Below are positions 55,063 through 64,000 of a stretch of DNA of 64,000 nucleotides, one piece after another. Below the pieces are notes generated by a model, which saw only the letters and a program-made list of their open reading frames with translations, searched no databases and had not been told where the DNA came from. Source of the DNA: Corallochytrium limacisporum Hawaii (lineage: Eukaryota; Protista; Pluriformea); contig PDIP01000022.1 of the NCBI GenBank assembly GCA_002811645.1, positions 235,365 to 299,364 on the forward strand, written 5' to 3'. Position 1 is the first letter of the stretch, and every line of letters starts with the position of its first letter. Position numbers and translations under genes: made by a program.

Positions 55063-58000
55063 ATGGTTGTGGCTCGCATCTTGGTGCTTATGTTTGTCGG
55101 TTTTGCGACTCTGGCATCCTCACTTGAACATAGGGATGCGGGCGTAAGTCCATACCTAGAGGACGCAGACCACGAAAGTGTGCTTGACATGGCACCATTG
55201 ACCACTGGCGCGGTTTGCAAAGATAACGGAACCTGTTATAACGGTGGTCTGTGTGTTCACGAGGCTACAGACTCAACACCAGATAAGACCTGTCATTGTC
55301 CGCTGGAGTACCAAGGAGGGGAATGCAAAGATCTGCTATGCTCACACGCGCTGGGCAAGAAGCCAGAAGAGCATATCGATCCTACTACGCTGCTTTGCAG
55401 GTGTCAAGACGGATGGTTGGGTCCCACTTGCGGTGTCTGCACGGATGACCACCTCTGCGAGATTGACCATGGTGGTGACTACAAAACAACTTGCAATAAG
55501 TCATTCCAGACCTACAGCTACCGGACTGCATTTTGTAATGTGACTACGGAGGGTGTGGCCGATGCTACCCATACTCAGACGCGCGTGCAATTGTCGTATG
55601 ATTGGCGTAACAATACGTCCACCTACAAGACGGGACATTTTACCTTTTTCGCATATGATGAGAACAAATGGAAGTCTTTATTTGCGTGCGGCTACGAGCA
55701 ATGCGAGCAACAACGCGATGAGAACAAGAAGGAAGATGTTATATACAACTGCCACAACGCGCAGTGCAAACTGAACTGTGAAGTCGGCAGCTTCCGACAG
55801 TGTACCTTCCTCCTTTCGGCAATTGTTAAACAGGTTAAGGGAGATATGAATATGGTCTGCAACGACAAGACTTTTGAATGTGATATTCATGCCAAAATTT
55901 TAGACAAATTCTTCAATGGCGTGAAATTAGATTGCAGCCCCGAAGGCAAGGACAGCCCGTTCGGTACTGGTGAATGCGTGGACGATACTTCCCAAAAGCT
56001 GCGGTTCAAGAACCTCGAACATCCTGACGTTTTTATGCTACTAGCAGCCATCGTAACCTGTTTGGTCCTTGGTGGCACGCTGGCCATATTGGTTGGTCTG
56101 TACTTCTATAGCCGAGAACTGAAGAACACTATCCTGTCCGTTGAGTACAATGATCTCGCCATGCACGCCGAGGCCCATTCCAATGAAGTCTACCGGGTTA
56201 ATCTTAGTTTCGAGAATGTCAACTACGCAATTAGTCGACGTAATATTCTGCGCAGCGTCACGGGTGTCTGTAAGAGTGGAGAAATCATGGCCATCATGGG
56301 TGCATCAGGTGCGGGCAAGAGTACTTTTATGGATATCATGGCCATGAAGTCAAAGCGCGGAAAGGTTGGCGGTGAAATTCTAGCCAATGGCTTGCCCAGA
56401 GATCGTACATTCAAGCGTCTCATTGGATTTGTGGACCAGAGTGATTCTCTGATGGGAACCCTCACGGTGCGGGAGTCCCTCACATACTCGGCGATGTTGC
56501 GTCTCCCAGCTGTGTGGCCAACCGGACTGAAATTGAGCAGGGTTGAATGGGTCATGGAACAACTTAAGATAAGCCATATTGCGGAGTCCTACATCGGTAC
56601 CACCTTCCGCAGGGGTATTAGCGGTGGTGAGAAGCGTCGTGTATCGATCGGCATGGAGCTTGTCATTCAGCCCAGTGTTCTGTTTTGCGACGAGCCTACC
56701 TCAGGTCTTGATTCTTACAATGCTTTCGTCGTCATGGAATGTCTTCAGACTCTGGCTCGTCGCTGCGGTACCTCTGTCATTGTCACTATCCACCAGCCCC
56801 GGTCTAATATTTATCAATTGTTTGACCGGCTTATGATTCTGGCCGACGGGGATCAAGTGTATAACGGCCTCGCGGCTGACGCCCTTGATTACTTCACAAG
56901 CATTGGCCACGAATGTCCAAGCGGGTACAATCCTGCTGATTTCTTCATCGACCTGGTAACGATGTACTCATCTGGACACGGTGTCAACGGCTTCACAACC
57001 GCGATCAGTGAGCCCTCGACACCCACCAGCCGCTTCAGCGCTGAGGATAGCTCCGATGTTGCATTGAACTCCCTGTGGCCTGGTGCCGCTACGGTGGCTA
57101 GCAGCCGTCGCATCAATGATTTACGAGATAGTTTCGTTCAGTCGCAGGCTTATCAGCAGCTCGTTGCAGAGGTGCACATGGCCAAGGGCCAGCGTGAGTT
57201 CCGGGATCCTATGGAGCCTATTGCTCCGGCAACCAAGAACATTCGCTTCGGACGGCAGTGTATCATTCTGTGCTACCGTGCTTTGCTGAATATTGTGAGG
57301 AACCCGTTCCTGCTCGTGGGCCATTTGTCTTTGAGCATTATTCTGGGCTTGGTTGTTGGTGGTTTCTACTATCAATTGCAGCTGGAGAACCTTGAAGCAA
57401 TTCAGAACCGCATGGGCGCGTTGCTGATTATTTGTGCTTTCCTTGGCTTCGGGTCCATGAGTTCTCTGGAGATGTTCCACAGCGAGCGCGGCTTGTACAT
57501 GCACGAGCGTAGCAACCGGTTCTATGGACCAAGTGCCTTCTTTGTGTCGAAGATGTTCTTTGACCTCGTGCCGTTGAGGATGGTGCCGCCCCTCATTATG
57601 GGCACGATCTGCTACTGGATGATTGGTTTCCGACATGATACCATTGATCACTTCTTCTACTTCCTGCTCATCCTTATGCTGGTGAACGTTGCCGCAACAT
57701 CGTTGTGTATGGTTATTGGTGTATCAGCAAAGCGGATGAGCATGGCGATTGAAGTTGCTGCCTTGTCATTGCTCTTCAGCCTTATGTTGACGGGCATCTT
57801 TAACAACCACAAGACCATGAATCCCTATGTAGCATGGCTGCGCTACCTCTCGTTCTTCAACTACGGCTATGAAGCCTTGTGTGTGAATGAATTGGATGGT
57901 GTGGAGCTTAAGGGGTCAATTCTCAAGTCTGCATCTTTCCATGTCAATGCACGACTCATTCTGGACCAACTTGGTCTTGAGGCAGACAATTTCTTCAAGG

Positions 58001-58086
58001 ATCTGGCTGTCCTTGTTCTATACTCCTTTATCATGCTAACGGTTGCCTTCTTGGCACTGAAATATTATGTGAGAGAGAGGCGGTAG
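55063..58086 (+). CDS. ADP1: ABCG half-transporter with N-terminal EGF-like Cys-rich lumenal domain (yeast ADP1-like)
   Basis: Start at first ATG 55063 (accATG). Signal peptide, EGF-like repeats (C.NGGLC...CHCPLEYQGGEC), TM helix, GASGAGKST, ISGGEKRR, CDEPTSGLD, TIHQP, NPADF and a 6-TM C-terminal domain. Confidence 0.93.
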   Translation: MVVARILVLMFVGFATLASSLEHRDAGVSPYLEDADHESVLDMAPLTTGAVCKDNGTCYNGGLCVHEATDSTPDKTCHCPLEYQGGECKDLLCSHALGKKPEEHIDPTTLLCRCQDGWLGPTCGVCTDDHLCEIDHGGDYKTTCNKSFQTYSYRTAFCNVTTEGVADATHTQTRVQLSYDWRNNTSTYKTGHFTFFAYDENKWKSLFACGYEQCEQQRDENKKEDVIYNCHNAQCKLNCEVGSFRQCTFLLSAIVKQVKGDMNMVCNDKTFECDIHAKILDKFFNGVKLDCSPEGKDSPFGTGECVDDTSQKLRFKNLEHPDVFMLLAAIVTCLVLGGTLAILVGLYFYSRELKNTILSVEYNDLAMHAEAHSNEVYRVNLSFENVNYAISRRNILRSVTGVCKSGEIMAIMGASGAGKSTFMDIMAMKSKRGKVGGEILANGLPRDRTFKRLIGFVDQSDSLMGTLTVRESLTYSAMLRLPAVWPTGLKLSRVEWVMEQLKISHIAESYIGTTFRRGISGGEKRRVSIGMELVIQPSVLFCDEPTSGLDSYNAFVVMECLQTLARRCGTSVIVTIHQPRSNIYQLFDRLMILADGDQVYNGLAADALDYFTSIGHECPSGYNPADFFIDLVTMYSSGHGVNGFTTAISEPSTPTSRFSAEDSSDVALNSLWPGAATVASSRRINDLRDSFVQSQAYQQLVAEVHMAKGQREFRDPMEPIAPATKNIRFGRQCIILCYRALLNIVRNPFLLVGHLSLSIILGLVVGGFYYQLQLENLEAIQNRMGALLIICAFLGFGSMSSLEMFHSERGLYMHERSNRFYGPSAFFVSKMFFDLVPLRMVPPLIMGTICYWMIGFRHDTIDHFFYFLLILMLVNVAATSLCMVIGVSAKRMSMAIEVAALSLLFSLMLTGIFNNHKTMNPYVAWLRYLSFFNYGYEALCVNELDGVELKGSILKSASFHVNARLILDQLGLEADNFFKDLAVLVLYSFIMLTVAFLALKYYVRERR

Positions 58087-58277
58087 TGCTAATTCAACCC
58101 AAGCTTGATCGAAGACCGGCTGGATCGGTACCACAAAGCAAGAATGTATCTCAAGTTTACAAATTGACAGAGCTGTCCTGAATAAAAGCGCAACGACCCA
58201 CTTCATGGGTTACGTACAACATCCCTCCCAAAAGGATTTTCATACGAAGTCTCAGCTGGTTTGGGTTAACGGCTGAC

Positions 58278-59393
58278 TTATTTCTTCTTCTTGTTCTTGT
58301 TGTTAGTTACCGGGTTCAGTACCTTGCGCTTAGCTCCAGCAGCAGGGGCCGCCTTTGGTTTGAAAAAGGAATCCAGACGTCCCTGTGTAGCCGTTCCCGC
58401 CGCCTTTGCTAGCTTCTTGGCACCGTTGCGGATACGGTCCTCGTTGAAGCCTTTCTGCTTGACCATATAATTCACCAGCCCTTCCTCATCCGGCGGGTTC
58501 CACTTGACCTCCACTGTCTTTGGGTCGGTCACCTCAGGCTCTTTGAACAAACGCCGAGCCTCATCGTACGGATAATCCTCTGGAATCTTGTACTTGTTCG
58601 TGTCCAGGTTTGCAAGCACCTTGTCAAGCGATTTGTGTTCCCGAAGCATGTTCAGCGCCCGGTGAGGCCCAATGCCCTTGATCGTGTCGCAGTAGTCACA
58701 GCCCAGCAGTATACACAGGTCTACGAATTGATCCATGTCCATATCGAGCTCTCTAAGCGCCACATCGAGTTTGAATTCCTTAATCGGCATCTTGCGCTGT
58801 TCACTAAAGGTCAGATGACGGAGCAGAACAGAAGTACCAAAAGTTAGGGCGTCCATATCCTCCGATCCCGTCGCAAAGACTTTGCCTTCCTTGGCTAGAA
58901 CGGCACACTGCGCCTCAGCCTCACAAGGGGCCACCATGAAGGGAATGCCCATGAGCTTTAACAGCTCCTGGCATTCCGTACTGTGCTCCTTAGTGGCGCG
59001 CACTAACCGCCGCTGGAACTTCTCAACATCCTCCGCCGTACCAGCCTCGCGGGCCTCGTTTAGCTTTTCCTTTGCTTCGTTTCGGCGCGCACTCCGCTTA
59101 GCCAATTCCCCGGATTTCAAACGAGGCGGACTGCCGTCAAATACATAAAATGGTTTGATACCGTTCTCAACCATACGAATCGTTCTGTAAAACATACCCA
59201 TCAGATGGCTGGTGGTTTCACCGGCGTCGTTGGTGAGCACATTACCATCCGATCGTACAGCTATTAAGAACTGGTAGATGCTCATACTGGCATCTATGGC
59301 CACTTTGCGGCCAAAGAAGTTCTTGATCATGCTCTCACTGACGCTACCCGGAGCATTGTCACCGAGTAGCTTGGCAAGGCCGTGGATTCCCAT
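58278..59393 (-). CDS. FEN1: Flap endonuclease 1
   Basis: MGIHGLAKL start at 59393, [40 protein letters not shown] and PIP box QGRLDSFF. Confidence 0.98.
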   Translation of the reverse strand: MGIHGLAKLLGDNAPGSVSESMIKNFFGRKVAIDASMSIYQFLIAVRSDGNVLTNDAGETTSHLMGMFYRTIRMVENGIKPFYVFDGSPPRLKSGELAKRSARRNEAKEKLNEAREAGTAEDVEKFQRRLVRATKEHSTECQELLKLMGIPFMVAPCEAEAQCAVLAKEGKVFATGSEDMDALTFGTSVLLRHLTFSEQRKMPIKEFKLDVALRELDMDMDQFVDLCILLGCDYCDTIKGIGPHRALNMLREHKSLDKVLANLDTNKYKIPEDYPYDEARRLFKEPEVTDPKTVEVKWNPPDEEGLVNYMVKQKGFNEDRIRNGAKKLAKAAGTATQGRLDSFFKPKAAPAAGAKRKVLNPVTNNKNKKKK

Positions 59394-59630
59394 GGCTATT
59401 TTCCTCTTGTGAAAAAGTCTAGTCAACTGCTCTCACAGCTCTGAACACGTAACGGGATTACCCCCAAGGAGTTTGAGACCCAATCAAATAGCTCACTAGG
59501 TGTCTCAGCCCAGGATCTCTTTTCTTGCTTTCCGTGGCCCGTCTGTGTGCTAAGGACGCGGGAGACACACTTGACCAGGAACAGTGCGGGGGTCCCTTCG
59601 GGCAAAAAGCCACGGCGAAAAGAAAGAGAT

Positions 59631-59640
59631 GGCGCGAAAA
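59631..59640. promoter_or_regulatory. E2F-type site GGCGCGAAAA upstream of FEN1
   Basis: About 240 bp upstream of the FEN1 ATG, next to a poly-C tract. Confidence 0.7.
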
Positions 59641-59832
59641 CTCTCTCTTCCCCCCCCCCCTCCCCTTCCCATGGTAAGCAATAAATGGGGGATCCATTTC
59701 CGAGGCTAGGCTTTGCACTGCTTCTAATCTCCATCCTCTTCGTGGTATCGGTGTACCAACTTACTAGTGATATCTATTAAAATACAAGGCGTTGAGCATG
59801 CCGCTACAAATACTTAATAAACTTCGACGACT

Positions 59833-61686
59833 TTACCATGCGTCTTGGACGTAGATGGGTTTGATGTCTTTAGCAGTCAAGACATGCTCGTCTGGGTTGG
59901 GCACCGTCTTCTGGTCAAGCGGCGTCAGTTCAGGGATGATGGTCGGCAGGCTAACAGTGCGTAAGTCCACAACCTCATTCTTGCCGGCGACACCGCGGTC
60001 ATAGAAACCATCCCACTTATACAAGGGTAGCTCACGGGCCCAGAAATTAATCAAAAGCGTAATGCGCTGACCACGAACACCCTGGCCACCTTCCTCAAGA
60101 TCCTCTGGGAAGCCTGGCAGGACACCATGATACAAAGAACCGCGGAAAAGCACAAACCGATTGTCCTGAGCACTTACCATGTATGCCCCGTGCGGGGTTT
60201 CTGCCTCATTTTTAAAATCCCGATGGCTGTCCCACTCGGTAACAATGGTTTGACCGCCAACGTCACCTTCTACGAAGGTTACACTGCTCCAGATTGGATG
60301 GTACGTAGTGCCCCCATCGTTGGTCTCCTCATCGACGTCAAAGTGAAGAGGATGACCAGACATAACCTTCATCTTGCGATGGCGCGGACGCTTGTGTACC
60401 CACCACTCAATACCCATGATTTTGTCCCGCACATCGGGTTCCATGTACGCCATCATCTGCTCGGCCAGCTGGTGCACGAGGTTTCGACCCTTTTCACCAG
60501 GCTTCGGGAACGGCTTGTGAGCGTAGAAGGCTGTTGCACCACCATTGCGCTGGTAGTACCGTGTTACATTCCAGAAGCTGCTGTCATCTCCGAAGGCTTT
60601 GAGCATCCCGTGGGCCAATGTCTCCGGCTGCGCACCGTCAAAAATACGAACGGGGTCATTGCCTTCACCGTAGCGCTTGGCTGGTGTCCTATGCGGTCCA
60701 ATGACTTCATTGCTTGGTTCGTTATAGCCGTACTTCGCAACAGAGGCTTTGAAGGGCTGGTTAATGTGAGAATAGAATCCGAAAATTACCATGGCTTCCT
60801 CGCGCTTGCCCATAGCAGCGAGTACAGCAGCAAAGTCGTAGAGCATCATTATGTATGGTTGCGAGGACCGCTTGGGGTCGTTGGAGTCCGTGTTCTGTAC
60901 AATGTTCACGTAGTGTTTGTAACTGTTCTCGAAGTCGCCAAGCCACAGTCCGTAGATCTCCGCAGCCAATCTGTTCAGCTTGTATGAGTTCTGCTGGCCC
61001 CGAGCGCTCATGGCCTGAAACAAAGGGCGGATGGTATGGGCAAGATCGTCAGGGTGACTTGCAATGACCATGTTGATCCACTCTGCCACATCGTTCTCGT
61101 TCTCAGGGTTCCGCTTGGCAAGATCTGCCAAGATAGCCTCATGATCCTCAATCCGCCCCTCGTGTTCCGCAATCGTTGCCAACAAGTAACGCTTAACTCG
61201 GTCATCCTCACTATCCTCGGCAAGCAAGTGTCCTGCAATACCCTTGGCCTTGCGGATGGCCTCCTCCGGTGTCTGCTCGAACACTTCTGCCAAGTACAAT
61301 TCGTAGGCAGCTTCTGCGATAGTCATACCATCAGATATGTACTGACGATCAGAATCTTGCAACACCGCAGCCTCTGGGCTGGACAGAGCTAGATCATGCT
61401 TTTGTTGAATCTTCTTGTACTGCCTACCCTCCCAACCCTTATCCAGACCGCGGAGGAGCTCCATGCTCTCACCACGCTGTTTGGCATAGTACACAATCCC
61501 AAAGATGGCCAAACCAGCTAGGAACGAGAACATCAGCATCAAGGTGCCTGTACGATCAGTACGAGGCGGTGGCCCTGCATCATCTTTTGCCTTGCTGGAT
61601 CCGTTAGAAGTTGCTCTGTTGCCACCGTCTTGCGCACCGTACAGGGCCGAACCCTTGCCTGGTCTACGCACGGCTGTAGTGACCAT
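59833..61686 (-). CDS. Type II membrane protein with helical/TPR-like region and C-terminal 2OG-Fe(II) oxygenase domain
   Basis: First ATG 61686. N-terminal TM (LMLMFSFLAGLAIFGIVYYA), helical repeats, then EWW...HPLHFDVDE (HxD), HPIWSSV, GGQT, NRFVLFRG..YHGV (distal His) and RITL (2OG-binding Arg). Confidence 0.8.
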   Translation of the reverse strand: MVTTAVRRPGKGSALYGAQDGGNRATSNGSSKAKDDAGPPPRTDRTGTLMLMFSFLAGLAIFGIVYYAKQRGESMELLRGLDKGWEGRQYKKIQQKHDLALSSPEAAVLQDSDRQYISDGMTIAEAAYELYLAEVFEQTPEEAIRKAKGIAGHLLAEDSEDDRVKRYLLATIAEHEGRIEDHEAILADLAKRNPENENDVAEWINMVIASHPDDLAHTIRPLFQAMSARGQQNSYKLNRLAAEIYGLWLGDFENSYKHYVNIVQNTDSNDPKRSSQPYIMMLYDFAAVLAAMGKREEAMVIFGFYSHINQPFKASVAKYGYNEPSNEVIGPHRTPAKRYGEGNDPVRIFDGAQPETLAHGMLKAFGDDSSFWNVTRYYQRNGGATAFYAHKPFPKPGEKGRNLVHQLAEQMMAYMEPDVRDKIMGIEWWVHKRPRHRKMKVMSGHPLHFDVDEETNDGGTTYHPIWSSVTFVEGDVGGQTIVTEWDSHRDFKNEAETPHGAYMVSAQDNRFVLFRGSLYHGVLPGFPEDLEEGGQGVRGQRITLLINFWARELPLYKWDGFYDRGVAGKNEVVDLRTVSLPTIIPELTPLDQKTVPNPDEHVLTAKDIKPIYVQDAW

Positions 61687-62425
61687 GATCAAAACCCAAA
61701 CTATGCTTCTGATACGACTTCATTGGTTAGTTCACCACTGGGTCAAGGACTAGTTGGCGTGATCCCACAGTTGCTTCATTCATCAGGTTTGGCGATGGGT
61801 CTCATGTACCTCTCCATGGATCTCTCAGATCCCCAGCAGTGTCCCATCAGCAGACCCCTTCTCACCTCGTCATCCCCGTCCAAGGTCTGGTCGGTGGACC
61901 CGCCTGTGTTATCTTCGGCCCTTCAAACATTCCGAAGCGCAGTACATTTTCTGGGGGAAATCAGTCCCTGAGTCTCCCGAAACCCATCCGTTTGTTGTTG
62001 CGCTCGAATGAGTTCCCGCAGGCTCCTCCACTATGCCCCCATTGTTTCACTATGAAATGAGCTTTCCCTACGATGGACCATTTTGGGATGGACAGCTTTC
62101 CAGGCCATCACCCAAGGATGGACGTAACGGGGCCTATTTTCAAACCCGTCCCGCTTCGTTGCTCAGTCTCCCAGTCGGAGATGGCTCCCCTTGCTTTATA
62201 CACTCCGTGGTAGTACTGGGCCCATCCGCAGCACACTGTCGACCCTACGCGCCGACAATGCAGATTGTTATCGTATTTTAGAGATTTCAGTAACCAATAC
62301 GGCAGCCGGCCAAGTACGATCAACACAATGGGACGTTAGAAGGACTCAATACCTACATGTGACAAGATGAATAACATAAAGTAGATCATTTAGACGGCAA
62401 CGAATTCATGGAGTAAGCACTTACT

Positions 62426-64000
62426 ATGGCAGCTGGAATGGGTGGACAGACCCTGTCCGGATTCGACCTCATAATACTGGGTGCATACTTCGCATTGATC
62501 TTTAGCATAGGATTATGGGGTAGTCTCAAGGAATACTTCCGGCCAATGGGTCCCTTGGCTAGGAGCAAGAATAGTATCGAAGAGCCTGAACAGTTCCAGA
62601 GCCTGGCTCGATCTGGTAGGCGTTTGCGTATGAGCGAAGATCACCAGGCCACTAAACAAGTCGGAGAGGCCGAATCATACTTCCTTGCGGGCAGGGATAG
62701 TGCGTGGTGGGTAGTTGGTCTGAGTCTATTCGCATCAAATATTGGATCGGAACACTTCGTTGGGATTGCGGGCACCGCTGCTGCTTCGGGCTTCGCAGTG
62801 GTCATTTTCGAGTGGTTGAGTGGGCCAATTATCATTCTATTGGGGTGGGTATTTGCACCAATTTATATGAGTGCTAACGTGTACACATTGCCGGAATACT
62901 TGGAAAGACGGTTTAAAAGCTCGAGTTTGCGGTATTTTCTGACCGCATTCTATCTTGTACTATATATCCTCACAAAGATCAGCGTCGACTTGTATGCGGG
63001 TACCATCATCTTGGGTGGTGCTTTTGGCGTGCAGGATCCCTTCTTGGGCACGGTCCTCCTCCTAATCTTTACAGGAATATATACAGTGGTGGGGGGGTTG
63101 ACTGCTGTGGTGTACACGGAAGTCCTGCAGTCCGGAATCATGATCGGTGGGGCCCTAATCACATGTTTCTATGGTCTCTACCAGGTTGGTGGCTTAGGTG
63201 GCCTGCGACAGATGTATGAAGATCAGTGGGAGTCGGGCACACTGCCCAACCCGGATGCATTTCACATCTTTCGTTCACTCGATGACCCTGAGTTCCCCTG
63301 GGCGGCTGTGCTGCTGGGGCAACCGGTCCAGGCAATCTTCTACTGGTGTGCAGATCAAAACATTGTACAAAGAGCCTTGAGCGGGCTTGATCAGAGCCAC
63401 GTCAAGGCAGGATCGTTGCTTACAGCCTTCCTTAAAATTTTGCCCTTCTTCATGATGATTTTGCCAGGTATGATCTCACGAGCGTTGTTTCCGGACTTTG
63501 TGGGATGCCAAACTGAAGAAGAGTGTCTCGAAATGTGCGACATGGCTGCCGGGTGTACCGACTATGCATACCTGAAGCTGGTCACGGTTATGCTGCCCAT
63601 TGGACTGAAGGGTCTGATTGTGGCGGCAATGATGAGTGCTCTCATGAGCTCGCTTGCTTCTGTCTTCAACTCCGCCGCAACAGTGTTCGCCTTCAATGTA
63701 TGGCGAGGCATCCGGGGGGACAAAGCGAGCCAATCAGAGCTTGTCACCTCCGGGAGGATTGCCTCTGTGTTCATGATGGGTATCTCATTGTTGTGGTTGC
63801 CAGTGATCCGCAATTCTGGCAGTGGACAAGTGTTCATCTATGTCCAGAGTGTGAGCGCATTCTTCATGCCTCCGCTGACTGCGATGTTCATACTCGCGGT
63901 CTTCTTTCCTCCAACTACTGCCATTGCGTGTATGATTGGTCTCGCATGTGGCTTTGTGCTGGGGCTTGTGCGTCTTATTATGCAGATCATCGTCACTGAG
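62426..64000 (+). CDS. SLC5 sodium:solute symporter, SGLT/SMIT-like (3' end runs off the window)
   Basis: Not in the ORF track because it is truncated. Manual translation from ATG 62426 gives YFLAGRDSAWWVVGLSLFASNIGSEHFVGIAG, and TLPEYLERRF, GGLTAVVYTE and YWCADQNIVQR follow; the same frame is open at the window end. Confidence 0.96.
   Translation, partial: MAAGMGGQTLSGFDLIILGAYFALIFSIGLWGSLKEYFRPMGPLARSKNSIEEPEQFQSLARSGRRLRMSEDHQATKQVGEAESYFLAGRDSAWWVVGLSLFASNIGSEHFVGIAGTAAASGFAVVIFEWLSGPIIILLGWVFAPIYMSANVYTLPEYLERRFKSSSLRYFLTAFYLVLYILTKISVDLYAGTIILGGAFGVQDPFLGTVLLLIFTGIYTVVGGLTAVVYTEVLQSGIMIGGALITCFYGLYQVGGLGGLRQMYEDQWESGTLPNPDAFHIFRSLDDPEFPWAAVLLGQPVQAIFYWCADQNIVQRALSGLDQSHVKAGSLLTAFLKILPFFMMILPGMISRALFPDFVGCQTEEECLEMCDMAAGCTDYAYLKLVTVMLPIGLKGLIVAAMMSALMSSLASVFNSAATVFAFNVWRGIRGDKASQSELVTSGRIASVFMMGISLLWLPVIRNSGSGQVFIYVQSVSAFFMPPLTAMFILAVFFPPTTAIACMIGLACGFVLGLVRLIMQIIVTE

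Noticed and set aside
58296-58322. Possible 27-nt intron (GTACTG...ACTAAC..AAG) at the FEN1 3' end
   Set aside because: In frame, stop-free, very short and not required for a sensible protein; cannot be supported without reads.
60127-60987. 286-aa plus-strand ORF and similar long antisense ORFs inside HRI, PIBF1, MCM3 and ABCG
   Set aside because: Shadow ORFs antisense to well-supported genes, explained by codon bias.

Overview
Eukaryotic, gene-dense window whose coding sequences all appear intronless. The gene set (Rb, CARMIL, HRI-type eIF2alpha kinase, PIBF1/CEP90, tyrosine-motif tails) points to an intron-poor unicellular holozoan, Corallochytrium-like by inference only. I find 17 protein-coding genes: NRAMP (partial, left edge), a PI-PLC-like type I membrane protein, CARMIL, GGACT, an atypical bZIP-like factor, HRI, PIBF1, Rb, MCM3, a SixA-like phosphatase, UCHL3, CAF1/CNOT7, an ADP1-like ABCG, FEN1, a membrane-anchored 2OG-Fe(II) oxygenase and SLC5 (partial, right edge), with a possible 17th spliced unit at 28-33.5 kb. 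Two assembly gaps are present. No rRNA, tRNA, CRISPR or intact mobile element was recognised. The most notable signals are non-coding. (1) GGCGCGAAA E2F sites occur only upstream of PIBF1, Rb, MCM3 and FEN1. (2) Clusters of ultra-short uORFs sit directly in front of SLC5, CAF1, CARMIL and the bZIP-like gene. (3) A ~22-kb ORF-poor domain surrounds the bZIP-like gene; its right half carries many minus-strand 5' splice sites and 5-6-nt microexon-like signatures. (4) NRAMP may have an AUA-initiated N-terminal extension. (5) An in-frame 105-bp duplication crosses the HRI stop codon. (6) The PI-PLC-like protein looks catalytically dead and carries a cysteine-ladder stalk.
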